From: Pavona decussata
Taxonomy: Eukaryota
Assembly: GCA_977016875.1 (NCBI GenBank)
Contig: CDRNST010000178.1
Coordinates: 868,001 to 932,000, forward strand
Length of the DNA stretch: 64,000 bases
Direction of reading: 5' to 3'
In this document: one piece after another, positions 50,601 through 62,800 of the stretch
How the letters are laid out: each line of letters opens with the position of its first letter
How positions within the stretch are numbered: the stretch's first letter is position 1
Notes under the pieces: generated by a model
What the model was told of the DNA's origin: nothing
Database searches by the model: none
What the model saw: only the letters and a program-made list of their open reading frames with translations
Translations under genes and position numbers: made by a program

Positions 50601-53443
50601 CGTTAAATCAAGACTTTTCTGTGATATTTAACTTATTTAAGTGGCTGGTAAGTTAGTATCCCGGTAAGAGTGAGATATTAAGAAATACACGTTACAAAGT
50701 CCGCAACTGATTCGTATCAAGGTTGCAATGAGACCTTTCGTTTAATCAAGTACATGCAATCATTATTGGCTTATTATAACAGTCGTAAAAAGCGTACTGA
50801 ACATCTCTAACTCAAAGCGAGTACGTCTAACGGGTGGCGTGCGAGAGAAAACTATTGATTCGTGTTTTTTCTGTTGATCAGGTGACAAAAATCCTGCATG
50901 ATTGATTCAAGCTAGACTCGCCCCGATTACCAGCTGCCGTTCGAGAAATGAGCCCGCGCGCTTACCCCCTCGAAGTCTCTTCTCGCGGAGGAAAACCTGA
51001 CACGAGGGAGCGACGGAAATCGAGCCTAGATTCAATCCCGTTCATTTCGTTTCTTTTTAACATTTGAAGATTTTAGCGATCTCGAGAACCGATAGATAGT
51101 TTATTGGATACAACTTTGCAACCGAAGGGTAGAATTACGTTATATTTACACTGAAGGATTAAAAAAATATTTATATAATAATATATAAAAAACACCTTAA
51201 ATCACTACCGGATAATGACTAAGTAAGTTACTAAAAAGGCATGATTCTTCAGTGATTTAAGTCGCAGTAAGTCGAAAATCACTCCGTAGTAGTTGTCTCG
51301 ACGAAATAAGCATTTCATCGTGAACTGTCATTTAAGTTGAGTTCGTCCAGTTCAGTTTCATTTCTATTAGATGAGTATAGATATTTTTACGTTAAGATAA
51401 ACAGCAAGGTTTGAAATTTATTTTGAAGGCGATATGTGCCTGACCGACGTTAGCAAACGAAAGTTCCAAAGTGAAATGCTAGTTATTTTGTAGAAGTAAC
51501 AAATTAAGTAGGGCCCCTGCTGCAGGGCTACCATGCTTAAATAAAAATGACTTGACTTGAGTTCTAGCATGCAGAACAGGCGTTATTTTTGGCGTTTTTC
51601 AGGCGCCCCTCCCGCCGCGCGTGACTCGCGCTTGCCTCCGCTCACCTGAGAAACGCCTGTTTTGCAGGCTACTTGAGTTTTTTCTCTGTGCGAAACTGGA
51701 AAAAGTGAATTTTGGCTAATTCCTCTTTCAGTGTTGACTCTATGGGTAGTGATCAGGACGGTGTACCATCTAAAGTGTCAGACAGTGGGGTCGGAGGGCT
51801 GGAGAGTGGAGAAGACAGCTGGATCAGTGATACAGAGGTCAGTCAGTTAACTCTAAGCTTCTTAGCTCAGTGTAACGCGCGGTACTTCACTGTGTTTACC
51901 CTTTAATCGTTTTCCGTGGGACTGCGCGAAACAGTTCTATCCAATGAATAACTGTCTCGTGGAAAGTAGTTTTGGAGTGCTTTCCATTTGTCTGAACTGG
52001 CCAGACCGGCCAGTCTGTAAATCGAACGTGCCATGAAAAAGAAAGTGCAATAAGACTGTTGAATTGTAAAATATTAAAAAGAAAACAAGAATAGAATAAC
52101 ATGGTGTATGCGGCTTCACTTGAAGTGGAAAAGAGTTTTTTTTGTTTCTTAATAAAATAAATAAGTTTGCTTTCTTTTCTAACATCCGTCTTGAAAAAAG
52201 TGAAAACAGTCACTGAGCCAAATAATCAGTCATTGATCAGAAATCAAGAAATGTAGATTTTCCATTTTAATCATCTAAATCCCAAGAGTGATGAGCGTCC
52301 AATTTCTCCTCTCAGTCACCGCTTGATTAAACATTCAGACCATAAGAATAAAGGAAATGATCACCAAAGATAACGTGCATTGATTTATAAACAAATTCTG
52401 TCAACTACAGTCAACTCCCTTTATTGCGGACACCGACGGGACCGCGAGTTAGTGTCCTTATTAGCGAGAGTTCTTATTAGCGGGATTTTTTTTCAGTCAA
52501 ACGTCTGTACTCTAATTTTGCCGGGGATTTAGCTGTTGTCCGTATTATCGGGGTGTCCGTAATAGCGAGGTGTCGGCAAGGTTAGAGTTGACTGTAGTCC
52601 CATAATCAATATGTAGAGTTTAGTCAGGGGATAATATACATGTTATGTTAGGAATTAAAGGGTTTAACTGAAAGTTGTTTTTTTTTTAACCAGGAGGACG
52701 TGACAATAGAAGGCATGAAGGACACGAGACCAGATTCAGGTAGCAGGCAGCGGCCGGGCTCAGGAAGGGATCGGCCCGAGTCAGCGTCACAAGCCAGAAC
52801 AGACTCCATCACAACAATAGAGGTGTGAATTCTACACGTCCGCTCTAATGGTTGTTGTTATTTAGTGCACTGTTCGTTCAGATTTAATTTCAAACTCAAT
52901 ATATTCACATTTATACAGTCACAACTAATACACCTGGCCCCAGTTGTTCAAAGAGCGGATAAATCACTATCCAGCGAATAATAAGTATCGGTTGGAGAAC
53001 ATTTTATCCACTGGATAGCGATTTATCCAGTGGATAGCATAATCCGCACTTTGAACAACCGCGGCCTGGCGGTTAAGCGATCATAACCCCAAACAAAAGA
53101 ATGTTGAAGCTGCAAAGCGGTTAGTCAGGTCAGGACTGGTTTTGGTTGATTACTTGGTTGAAAAACAGTATGTTTGCTCTGTTTGGTTAGAGCACGCACG
53201 TGGAGCGAGTTTTTCTAACCAGTTAAAGAGGTCGCTGTGAAAACGTAGAAGTGGTGTTTATATTATTGCAAGCGGCACAAGCGCGCAATGTAACTGTGTT
53301 AAATAAAACCATCTCACTGACGCCTTCCTTTGTTGCAGGACAAGAAGAAGGTCTTTGAAAAACAGCAGAAGGTAATGAAGAAAAGAAACTCGAGTTTCTT
53401 GGACAGCATTAGAATGGAGGTGGAAAATGACGAGGACTTTTAG
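34082..53443 (+). CDS. ~1190-aa protein with PLAT/LH2 domain, Glu/Asp-rich tract and ankyrin repeats, 24 coding exons
   Basis: Phase-consistent GT-AG exons: 34082-34122 (tentative first exon), 37818-37908, 38798-39096, 39639-39762, 40772-40831, 41157-41217, 41531-41577, 41882-42039, 42667-42932, 43800-44024, 44773-44927, 45272-45350, 45443-45521, 45842-45909, 46296-47101, 47931-48069, 48511-48761, 49097-49173, 49620-49713, 50289-50331, 50475-50544, 51732-51837, 52694-52822, 53339-53443 (3573 nt, TAG stop). PLAT: YEVYVLTGDKLGAGTKAVVKLTVFGEYGNSG...KFQRGQVDIF...LGKLTSIRIGH...GWFLDKV...FRCNRWLS..DDGQIIRDL. ANK: GMNPLHIAAANG, GYTAMHLAAMNG, LTPLHLACMSG, GRTPLDIAEEYG. Confidence 0.85.
34779..35076. 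repeat. ~300-bp dispersed repeat, near-identical second copy at ~38398-38693
   Basis: TATTAAAAACTG.ATCATTGTATAATGCAATTCAAGGG ... CCAACGCGCGCTCGTGGAATAATTGTTAAATA in both copies. Confidence 0.85.
35595..35930 (+). mobile_element. Decayed Penelope-like terminal repeat with an eroded hammerhead core
   Basis: GATGCAGGGCTAAAGCTTGAAACTTCAGCTCTAGAATCTCTTTATGG resembles a CTGACGAAGGGCTAACGCTCGAAACGTCAG-type motif recalled from Penelope LTRs; the core CUGA is lost. Confidence 0.45.
40291..40674. mobile_element. Non-autonomous DNA transposon with 8-bp TSD (hAT/P-like)
   Basis: CATTAAAG|TATACCTGCCAACT ... AGTTGGCAGGTATA|CATAAAAG. Confidence 0.7.
43513..43715. mobile_element. TAG..CTA MITE with perfect 9-bp TSD
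   Basis: AGTGTTGCA at 43504-43512 and 43716-43724; ends TAGCCTGC...GCCGGCTA. Confidence 0.78.
44082..44466. mobile_element. 385-bp fold-back MITE, AT flanks (ISL2EU-like)
   Basis: AT|AGACCCTTCTCCAAAATGGC ... GCCATTTTGGAGAAGGGTCT|AT; the arms pair along almost the whole length around the centre at ~44270. Confidence 0.8.
46955..47065 (+). repeat. Coding (GAR)n poly-Glu low-complexity tract
   Basis: GAGGAGGAAGACGATGAGGAGGAGGAGGAGGAG... within exon 46296-47101. Confidence 0.9.
48940..49050 (-). repeat. tRNA-derived repeat, second family (copy at ~38200-38370)
   Basis: GAGTCGAACCTAAGACCTTC..CTACCACTGAGCTACAGGAGACTCGTGG (reversed B-box/A-box) followed by TTAAACTA.GGTTCATG.GAC.AACATCCTGCATA, shared with the 38.2-kb copy. 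Confidence 0.55.
50913..51028. mobile_element. TAG..CTA MITE, 9-bp TSD (related to 20825-20898)
   Basis: GATTCAAGC|TAGACTCG ... GGAAATCGAGCCTA|GATTCAATC. Confidence 0.7.
51565..51671. mobile_element. TAG..CTA MITE, 9-bp TSD
   Basis: CTTGAGTTC|TAGCATGCAGAACAGGCGTT ... AACGCCTGTTTTGCAGGCTA|CTTGAGTTT. Confidence 0.72.
52408..52594. mobile_element. Tc1/mariner MITE nested in an older dispersed repeat (~52275-52646; relatives at ~380-560 and ~28423-28630)
   Basis: TA|CAGTCAACTC ... GAGTTGACTG|TA. Confidence 0.72.
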
Positions 53444-55699
53444 ACATGTTTGCTGTAGGAAAGTCAGTTACCGCTGCTCGTTAAAAGATTGGAGGGCAAA
53501 GAGAAAGTGGAACCGAGATATGTCCGTGGGAATAGATGAATCATTCTACGTTTTATGTTTTTGGCTCCAAGAAAGTAGACAGTGAAGACGCCGGATCAAG
53601 ACGTACAGTGATCTCTATGGCGTTGTCCAGGGAATGATGTAATGTAAGATTATAAGTGTAGATTGTAACGGGTCAATTCTTCATAGCCCGTTTCGTAAAA
53701 TCAATTAAGTGGATGACTCTGTTAAGTGCATAATCCTTGTATAAAATGTATTCAGTGAGTTCATCAATTCATATTTTATACATAATCGGCTGGATAAGGA
53801 TTTCTCAAGTTATTGCGTAACGTTAGTCAATCTACTAGGACATTAGACTGCGTTTTCCCGCGCATGGCATTTGTCGCATGTTTTCCCGCGCTTTGCCCCG
53901 GTCACTGTTTCCCGCGCATGTAACCAGTTTGCATGTTTTTGCTTCGAACTCTGATTGGTCAAACAGCGATCGCTGGGACTTAAATAATGTAGATAACACA
54001 TTTTATAGAATATATTCTAGTGATTTGTGAAATGATCATAGTTTTCATAAGGTCACTTTTGCACTCGCGGCTTCTAGCTTAACGCGCTTCCTGATTGTAA
54101 CCGGGTGTAATTCACAGTATTAAATTTTAAAACGTCAAGGAAATGAACTCTGGACGTACAAGAAGCGTTAATATTGTAAAATGGATGATTACAATAACAT
54201 AGAGCATTAGCAATAAACCAAACCCCATTATGAGTTTCTGATAGTGCATGGTTAAAGCATGTTCAACAGTTAGCGAACTGCTTGGCACACGTGCAAAATA
54301 AAACACTCGGTTCGTTTTCCGTCGTAGCTCAGGTGTAAACATTAAGGCGTGAGGTTTTAACAAGACAGATGTTCTTCTGAATATGTCCCTTATGGGCCTA
54401 CTTCAATTTCAGTGAGTAAACTTTGTGTTTCCAAGTACCTGTAGTTCTTTTTGTATATTGGCCAAACTCTACTCAAGAGCCGAGTTTGATTGATAGAAAT
54501 TTTATTTGCTTTGGTTTTTCGTTAGCTAATCCTAATGTTTGAAAACGCGTGAAGCATATTTCAAATTTATCACAGCATTTTTTTTTTCATGTGTCGGTCA
54601 AGAACAAAAACCAACTTAATCTTAAGTTTTCCGATGCTTGGCACCGAGAGAATGTTTTCCCACGGTTTGCACTGGTTGGATGTTTTACTTTGAGTTCTGA
54701 TTGGCTTATTGCATTGTTTTAGTTTGCTGTGATTGGTCAGATGTAATTATTTATGTTTTGTATGCGAGTCATACGAATAACCGCTTTCTTTGAGCTTAAT
54801 TTGCTTGTAGGCACTCTCAACTCAGTTCAATTACTTTTCGAGCATGAAAAATGTTTTCGTCGTCTTTCTTGTTAAAAATTATTTATCGTGGAAGACTTGC
54901 CAAAGTTCTAGGGTCATGTAAGGTTTACCTTGCCATGCGTTCATCTTTTATAGAAAAGATCTATTTATGAAACAACAATGTTGTTGTCTTGTTTGCAAGT
55001 GAGTATCAGGAATTATTTATCAAACATGCCTCAGGAAAGTTTTTTTGCCGTGCAAGAATAATCCTTGTACCTCTACTTGGCTCGTGACGCAACAAAAAGC
55101 GTAGCGTGACAAACCGTGACTCAAGCCAATTCAAGGGTGTTGCGTGACGAATCAAATAACTGATGTACAAGGGACTAAGATTGCACGTGATCAGAGAAAA
55201 TACTTCAGGAGAAAGAAAATAAGGCGTTTTAGCTTTTGTACAGTAACGACAGGTTTTGAAATAAAACGTACTATTGAAACTGAAAGGAGATGTTTTACTT
55301 GGAATAAGAGGGAGGAAGGAGAGGTCCCATTCAATTCCCAGAAGGCGTTCTCACCTTATGTACTCTGTTTGTTTTTTCCTTGATTCATCGTGCGGTTCCT
55401 CTGCTCCTCCCAGACTAAAAAGCTGTTCCCCTTATAAGCGCGCTTTACAACAAGGCATTCTCTACGTCAGAGCTTCTCCCTTTTGTGCCTTGCCAATAGG
55501 CCCTGGGGTCGTGCCACTCTCGGACCCAGAGCCTTTGGCTGACTGCGCAAGTCTGAAAGGAGCTCTTCCCTGGGTCGGGAATGCATAAGAAACATTGAAC
55601 CATTTGTGATTGAATTACTACTCAGCTAATGAAGAGATTCTAGAAATCGACAGGAAACGCACTAAAATAAAGACAATCGGATTAATTTTACCAGCTTTA

Positions 55700-55956
55700 C
55701 AGCTATTTCAATTAACGTTGTCGGATTAAAATCAAGCTAAAAGACAAGACCGCAATGTTTTGTGTGATTATTTTTTATGAACAATTTCATCAAAATCATC
55801 CCTGCACGTGCAGGTCATTGTACTGCTAATTACAACCTATTGTTTTCTCCAGGCATGACTGATTTTGATGAATTTATTCATAAAAATCCCACGTAAACTT
55901 TCGGTCTTGTCTTTTAGCTTTATGCTTTGAACCGACAACGTTAGTTGAAATGACTG
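55700..55956. mobile_element. Fold-back Tc1/mariner-type MITE
   Basis: TA|CAG...CTG|TA; ~100-bp imperfect inverted arms (ATTTCAATTAACGTTGTCGG..AAGCTAAAAGACAAGACCG / CGGTCTTGTCTTTTAGCTT..CCGACAACGTTAGTTGAAAT). Confidence 0.75.
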
Positions 55957-56811
55957 TATACAAGAACCTCAGAACATTACATGCAACCTACCCACCGATT
56001 ACTACAGGTGACAGCTTCTTTTACACCCGTAACAGGCAGGTCCATGGTTCAAACCGTTAAATCGCCGGTAAATGTGCCTATCAATTAGAAACTTCAACGT
56101 TCTTCACGGGCAGGCCCATGGACATTTGAACTTTTAAAAATTGCCTTGTTCAAATTCCCGCTCCAGCGCCGAATATTGCACGATCGTATACTCCCGCTCC
56201 TCCCCCAAAACAAGTGTTCCAATTATTTGGGGGGTATACACTGTTTGGATTGTTGGAAACTGTTAAAAATTTAATTTCACCCTGTCCCCAACCCCCTTCG
56301 CCCCGGGATACATGCCTTCGCAAACACTTAGCACTCTAAGGGGTACGACGATAACACCCGTCACTTCTATGTGGAAGCCCCCCCCCCCCCCTTAACCCAT
56401 CCCCCTCCCCGGGTATACTTTAATTAATTAATTTATTTATTTTATTGGCAAAGCTTGGGATCCAAGTGGATGCCTAGACTAACCGTCTTATCTACTGTTT
56501 GCCATTTTTTCCTGAACCAGTAGTTGCCCTATTTAAAAAGTTAAACGGAATAGAAGTTGTATTTTTCTTTCTTTTTTTTTTTTTTTTTTTTTTTTTCATT
56601 TTCTATTCCCATTTCCTAGTCACCTTTGTCTTTGCCTTACAAAAAAAATAAAGAAAAACAAGAAATAAAACTACGGAAATTAAATTAACGAAATGGGAAA
56701 ATGGAATGGTGGAAATTGACAGCTGTCAAACCTCGGGCGATTCCCGCCTTCATCTCCACGCGTTGTAATCAACAAGCGTTGGAAGCAGGGGGAGTTTTGC
56801 AGTTTGGAGAC

Positions 56812-59800
56812 ATGTCGGCGGGCCAAACTGATAGGGAATTTCGTGCTGTGAGCATAACAGAGTCTTCTCGTAATTTGGTATGTTCATGTTTAAGGTATTT
56901 TTTAGGTCGGTCAGTTGATTTCGGTTTTGCTTGGAACTTGTTAACCACTTTTGGTGAGCGCCAAGCCTCGAAGCGTTGATCATTTCAGTTAAGCTTGAAT
57001 TGATGTTTTTAAAACGAAAATCAAAAGAGCAAAGGACTTGTAATCAAGCTTAAAAAGACGAAGAACACTCCATGTTGATTGGTTTTCTTTAAACTGAAGA
57101 TAAATTAAGTAAGCAAAGCGTTTTTGAATATCACTTATTAGGCGTTCACTGGAAACTGGTATTCTTGTGAAAAATTCAAACATTCGATCATATCAGCTCC
57201 AAATTCCGGATTCTTGTCTCCTCGTCATGAAAATTTTGATCGCTTTTTGAACAACAGCAAAAGAATACTGATAATTTTGTTATTGCAACGCCTCGAATTT
57301 CGATTTGGGTCTATCCACCTAAGGTGCAAGATTTTCGTTTTACATCCGCCATCTCTTACGTTTTTCTTTTCTTTCCATATATTATCAGTATTTCTAGCCG
57401 GGAGGTCCGAAAAAAAATCCACTTAACCTCTGTTCAAAGGGGCTAATACTAATGAGCTGAGTCACAAAAAAATTTGGTCAACCTTTTATCAAATCAGAAG
57501 CGTATTTAATTCAATACTCCATTCAATGTCCGTTGAAATAAGGACCTTTGTACTCCAAAATAGGCTAACTTGTTTCTTCGTTTTATGAAATGTCTGAATT
57601 TTTTTCAGTTCAAGACAGCAGCCCTTGACCCGTCTCCTATTTGGGACGGTTCTGCCTCCAAGACAGAAAGACTTTCAGCCTTAAATTTATTTCACTGAAA
57701 ATATCTTTAATAAGCATTTTTTATCAAATCCAAATAATGCACTGACCAATTCTAAACTTCTACACCCCCGTCATCGCCCCCCCTCCCCCTCCACCCGCCC
57801 TACCCTGGCATTTGAACTTTTGAAAATTGACCTGTTCAAATTTCTGACCTGCAAGACCAAACACCATTCAAAATACCCTACCCCAGCACCAAATTGGACA
57901 ATCAAATGCCCCTACCAAAAAACAAACGTTCCAATTATCGGTATACACTACATTTAAATTATCCAATTTTTTATACATACCATTGAAAACACTACAAAGT
58001 GTTTGGAGGCCTCTTGAACTCATCCGTAGATCAGTAACCACACATGTTCCGCTGGACAAGAAGAAAGGTGTTAACTGGAATTTTTTTCTAAAAAAGGTCA
58101 AACTGCCCACCCCAACCAGGTAAAGTTCAAATCCCCCACCTTGTGGATGGTCTTTCACGTCAAGGTGGTCAAATGCCCAGCTGGTTAGCATGTTCTTTGA
58201 ACTAGTATTTAGTTTAAATAAGAACTGCATAATATCGTTGGCAGAGTCTTTCCAAACTTATCAAGGAAGAATCAAAGTGATTCTGCTACCAAGGTAACTA
58301 CATACAGGCCAGAGAGGAGAATTGAAATCTTGATATCAGGTTTGAATGTTGTTTTCTTTTGTTCTTTTGACAGCATCATAACTTCTTAAGCTCACCCGTA
58401 CCCTTTGAGTGTCCTGATACAATTCTGTCGCCTCCACTGTCATCATCAACCTCACACACAGTGCGACTGGAACCTGACAACAGAGTGTTTACACCCATCC
58501 CTTGCCAGCCCAGGGTATCGACTCCATATCCTGTTATTGATTCTGTCACTTCAGCTAAAGGTATCTTTACAGACTTGAAGACCAAGTTGTGCTAACCCAT
58601 TTTACATCAAGTATGAATCATTTGGGACAAAAGCTAAACCAACGATATTATTTCCATCGACAGAATACTTTTCAATTGAGGGTCAAATTTCAATGTATTT
58701 TCATGTTTGCTTTGATTTTCCTTTACTACACACTGTCAAATATAGTTAAAAAGACTTACATCGCTTTGTTAACCAAATATATTAAAAGTAAAACCAAATA
58801 TACCATTTAAGTAAAAAATTCAGGGCAAAAGAACTGGAAGAACTTTTTAGAAAATATTTATTAATTCTCAATAACAAAATTGATTTTGAATCTTTTTCTA
58901 ACCAAAGTTTTATTATTTTTCTGTGTGTTGTTTATTTCTATGCATAACCCTGCAGATTGGCCTGGACTATCCCCAGAAAACAGACTTTTTCCTTCATCTT
59001 GGGGATTTGAGCCAATACTTCATATTGGCCAGCAGTTCCAAGGTGGAGTGTTGCCAATGGCAGCAAGTAACTCACAGACTGTTCATCATTATTCATTCCC
59101 ACAAGCTTGGCATCATGCTGTTACATCACCACAGAACTTCAGGTAGAAGTAATAATTCTCCATGTATTAATTATAATATACTAACTTTTATAAGTCTTGC
59201 TAACTTTTATTATAAAGTTACACAAACTTTTGGCTCAGCAGAATATGGTTAAGGGTATCAAGCTCCGGATGCTACACTCCCACCTCAATTTCACCAATAT
59301 ATGGTAACCTATTCACAACAAATGATACAGTGTATGAATCTCCAAGTTTTATTCTGACTAGAAATTAGCTTACAAGAGTCCATTGGCCTTCCTTTCATTC
59401 GCGCATTGGAGAAGACCAAGCTGTGCTCATGGAAAGAGGGCCAAGATGTCTGAGACACAACTGTAGATTTGACAATACTGACTTGCTCCAAATTAATTTT
59501 AATGTACTACTGATTAAATTTATGTAGTGAAAGTACTTCAGGTGACTGCAGTAAAATAAGTACAAATTCATTTGCAAATGATCATATTTGAAAAGGCCTT
59601 CAAAAGTGAAACCTCTGTCAAATAGGAGTATAGGCTGTCTTGGTACTTGGTACAATTTTTACTCTGTTCCATGCATGATGGCATTGCACCAGTGTGTTTT
59701 TCAATGTGGTATTATCCACAATGCCACGCTCTCAAATAAACCCTGCACATTAACATCTCTGTAGTTTGTCCCCAAATTACCCATGGATCAGTATTTGAAA

Positions 59801-62800
59801 CATAAATAGCAATTCCTTGCTGGTTAGAATTTGTCAGGATGGTATAGAAAGGTTTACTTGAGGATCTACCCTTGAAATTGCATGCCAAACTCAAAAGTTT
59901 TTTTTTTAATTTCAGCAGCTATGTACAAAAGCCTGTGTCTAGTGTTGTATTTAGTGTGAATTGTACAAATTATGCAGTAGAGTGAGTTTCTGAATTTGTA
60001 ACTGTGCACTTCTCAAAAGGCAGGTCCAGTGAGTTTATATTTACAGTAATTATAGAGATGGCTCAATAGGGTTTTGTCCCCTACCCACTGAAGACAGAAT
60101 GCCAGATTTAAAGAAAGGTTTTGATATTATTTTGTTGTGTTCCAGTGCACTTGTTTTACTCTCACAATGAAATATTCACCCATGCAAATGTACAAATGGG
60201 TTCTGGAAAATTGTTGGGATTTGTTTGGCGCAGAAAACTGTTGTACATATATAGTGCACAGGCCTAGAATCCCATGCATGGGGGTGGGAGATGTTAATAA
60301 CACCCCTTGTAATTTCATGCAAAGGCAAGATGATTTCTGTGACTGATGACTTTGTGGTTACATGTTGTTTTTGTTGTAGTGGTCATGGTTTTCACAGCAA
60401 TGACTTTTGGTATCCAGGAGATTCTTCACTTGTAGAAGGGGTAATGATTGTATATGCCACATATTTATGATTGTTATATTGTTTTTGTGAGGTTTTGCAT
60501 GCCAATTTTACACAATTATACTTGTCTAACAATTCAGTCAGTTACTTGAAGAATGGATATTTATTACTTTTTCATTTAATATGATAGTTTGGAAGTGTTG
60601 ATGAAAGAGGCAATATTATTGAACAAGATTCCAAAGTAACATCAAGTACAGAATTAGGTGAGAGTAAAAATTATCCCTTACTTATGGAATGCCAACATGA
60701 GGATCTAATAAATTGTATGTCTGCATGAACCTGAAGTTGATATGAGCCCAAAGTGTTGCAAGTGAACTTTTTAGTTTTTCAGGTTACAGGTACATAAATT
60801 TATTACCTAAAATTAATTTTGTTTTGCTTATTTTTAGAGTCGCCATGGAAACCCGAGTTGGGACTTCCTCCTGTTGCTGAATTGTTGAATTCATCAGTAA
60901 GAGAACAATGTCTGATTATTTCTACCTGCATGACATTAAAGTAGTGAAGGCCCAGAGTTTAAGGTTGGAGATCAAATAAAGCAGGAATCACCATTCAGAA
61001 GTTGAATACAGAATTTCAAGTTGCATGGTGCTTATCCTGGATTGTGCAGTTCCAGAAAATATCCATACTCTTCCTCACCCCATCCGGTCCCCTACTGAAG
61101 GGTTTTAGTTTTGCACACCATTTCCCCCAGGAAATTCCAGTTTAGCTTCATACTTTGCTTCTAAAATTTTGGCTTTTAAGACTCCCCCCCTCCCCATAGG
61201 AGTTTCTGATGACCTTCTATGGGGTGGGTATGGATTTTTTTCTGAAGCTGAACAAAATTTAGCATACTCGTGCTTCAAACAGCCAGGTGAACAATATTGT
61301 TGTGAGAGAAGTTGCATTGTAGCATGCCTTGTTTGAGGAAAAAGCTTCACTTCTTGGTTAATTGAACCCTTGCCCTTCCAAATACACAACAACTAATTAA
61401 GGCATAACTACAAACCCTCTACCCTCCAAAGATCAGGAGGCTTCATATAATTAATAGTATAATAACCTTTTAGTATTTACAAAACATGGCAAAACATTTT
61501 ACAGTTTCTCCTGAAAATTATAATTAGATTTATGGAAAGTCATGAAAACTCTTCATTTTTAGAATGGAAATATAAAGTTGGAAAAGATAAGTCCAGTGGA
61601 GATAACTTTAGCAGATGAGACGTATCAGCTTAGTACCATGCCATCCAGTGCATTGTGTGTTAAGCCAAAACAATCCATTGGAAGTTCTACTCTCAGTGGT
61701 AAAGGTAGTGATCTCATCATTTTGCACTTTTATGCAGTGTCATAAACTACTAACAGTACTAGTATTATATAAACTGGAATAGATCATACTCTGGACATAG
61801 TTTGGACAAAGAAAAAAAATGATTAAGTTGCAGTCAGAAGTAGACATACGTCTAAAAAAGCTTTGACCTTGAAACCTTGAGGGACAATGTTTATGAAACT
61901 TGTCCAAACCTTTCGTTAGCGTTGACTTCATAAAAACAAAAATAATAAGCCAAACAGCTATCAGCAGTGGAAGAACAGTTTGGAATACAGTTTTTTTGGC
62001 AGCTCCAAGTTTGAGTTCAATGAAGAGGTGTTTGTGGCATCTACTCCTCTTAGAGAGAGATCAGGCCTAAGTAAGTCAGTCAATCAGTTTGTTGGTCAGT
62101 CAATCATCGCATCTGTCAATCAGTCTGTCTGTCGATGATCCCTAACAAGGGATCGGCCATGCACAGGTAGTTAAGGCTGTTTCCATACATGTAGGGCCCC
62201 TAGTGCATGTACAGTACTGTTTGCAGCATCTTGATTCACAGTCAGTCAGTCCATCTTTGTACCCTTTGTTTGCTATATCAAACATGATTCATATTTATTA
62301 AGTTTTTTTTTCACCAGATGTGAGGACTCAGACACCGTGGAAACTAAAGAAGTTTAAATCAACTCCAATAGTTCAAAGTCAAAACAATCAAAAAGAAAAG
62401 CCACGGAAAACAGTGAATCCACATGTTTACTCAAAGCAGAAGAAAGTGTAAGTGAGTTTATAGTCATTCATAACATCATGGTGGCTTTTTTGCTTTCAAG
62501 GCACCTGATGACTTATGGAGAAAAAATTAAGGAATTTGTAGAAATGCATTCTCCCCTGTATAAGATTTATGAGTTTGTAACTAACTACAACAGAGGCTGT
62601 GGTTGTGGCCTGGGGAAGGAGGGAGGTATTCCTCAAAATTTTGGTAGGGGTGTGGTCCACACCCCCTTGAATAACTTGACTGTCCATTTTCAGACCTGAT
62701 TTCAAAATCGAAACCCATTTTCAGACCAGACCACACTGGCTGAAAAACCATAGTTATGTCCACTGGCCCATGCACACCTAAAGCTTATGCAGAGGATTAA

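Noticed and set aside
57195-57690. Candidate exons linking 56877 to 58245
   Set aside because: Acceptors at ~57195 and 57608 exist, but I found no donor giving the required phase; left unresolved.
60839-60852. Perfect X-box GTCGCCATGGAAAC
   Set aside because: Falls inside a coding exon (ESPWKP) ~4 kb from the probable start; explainable by codons.
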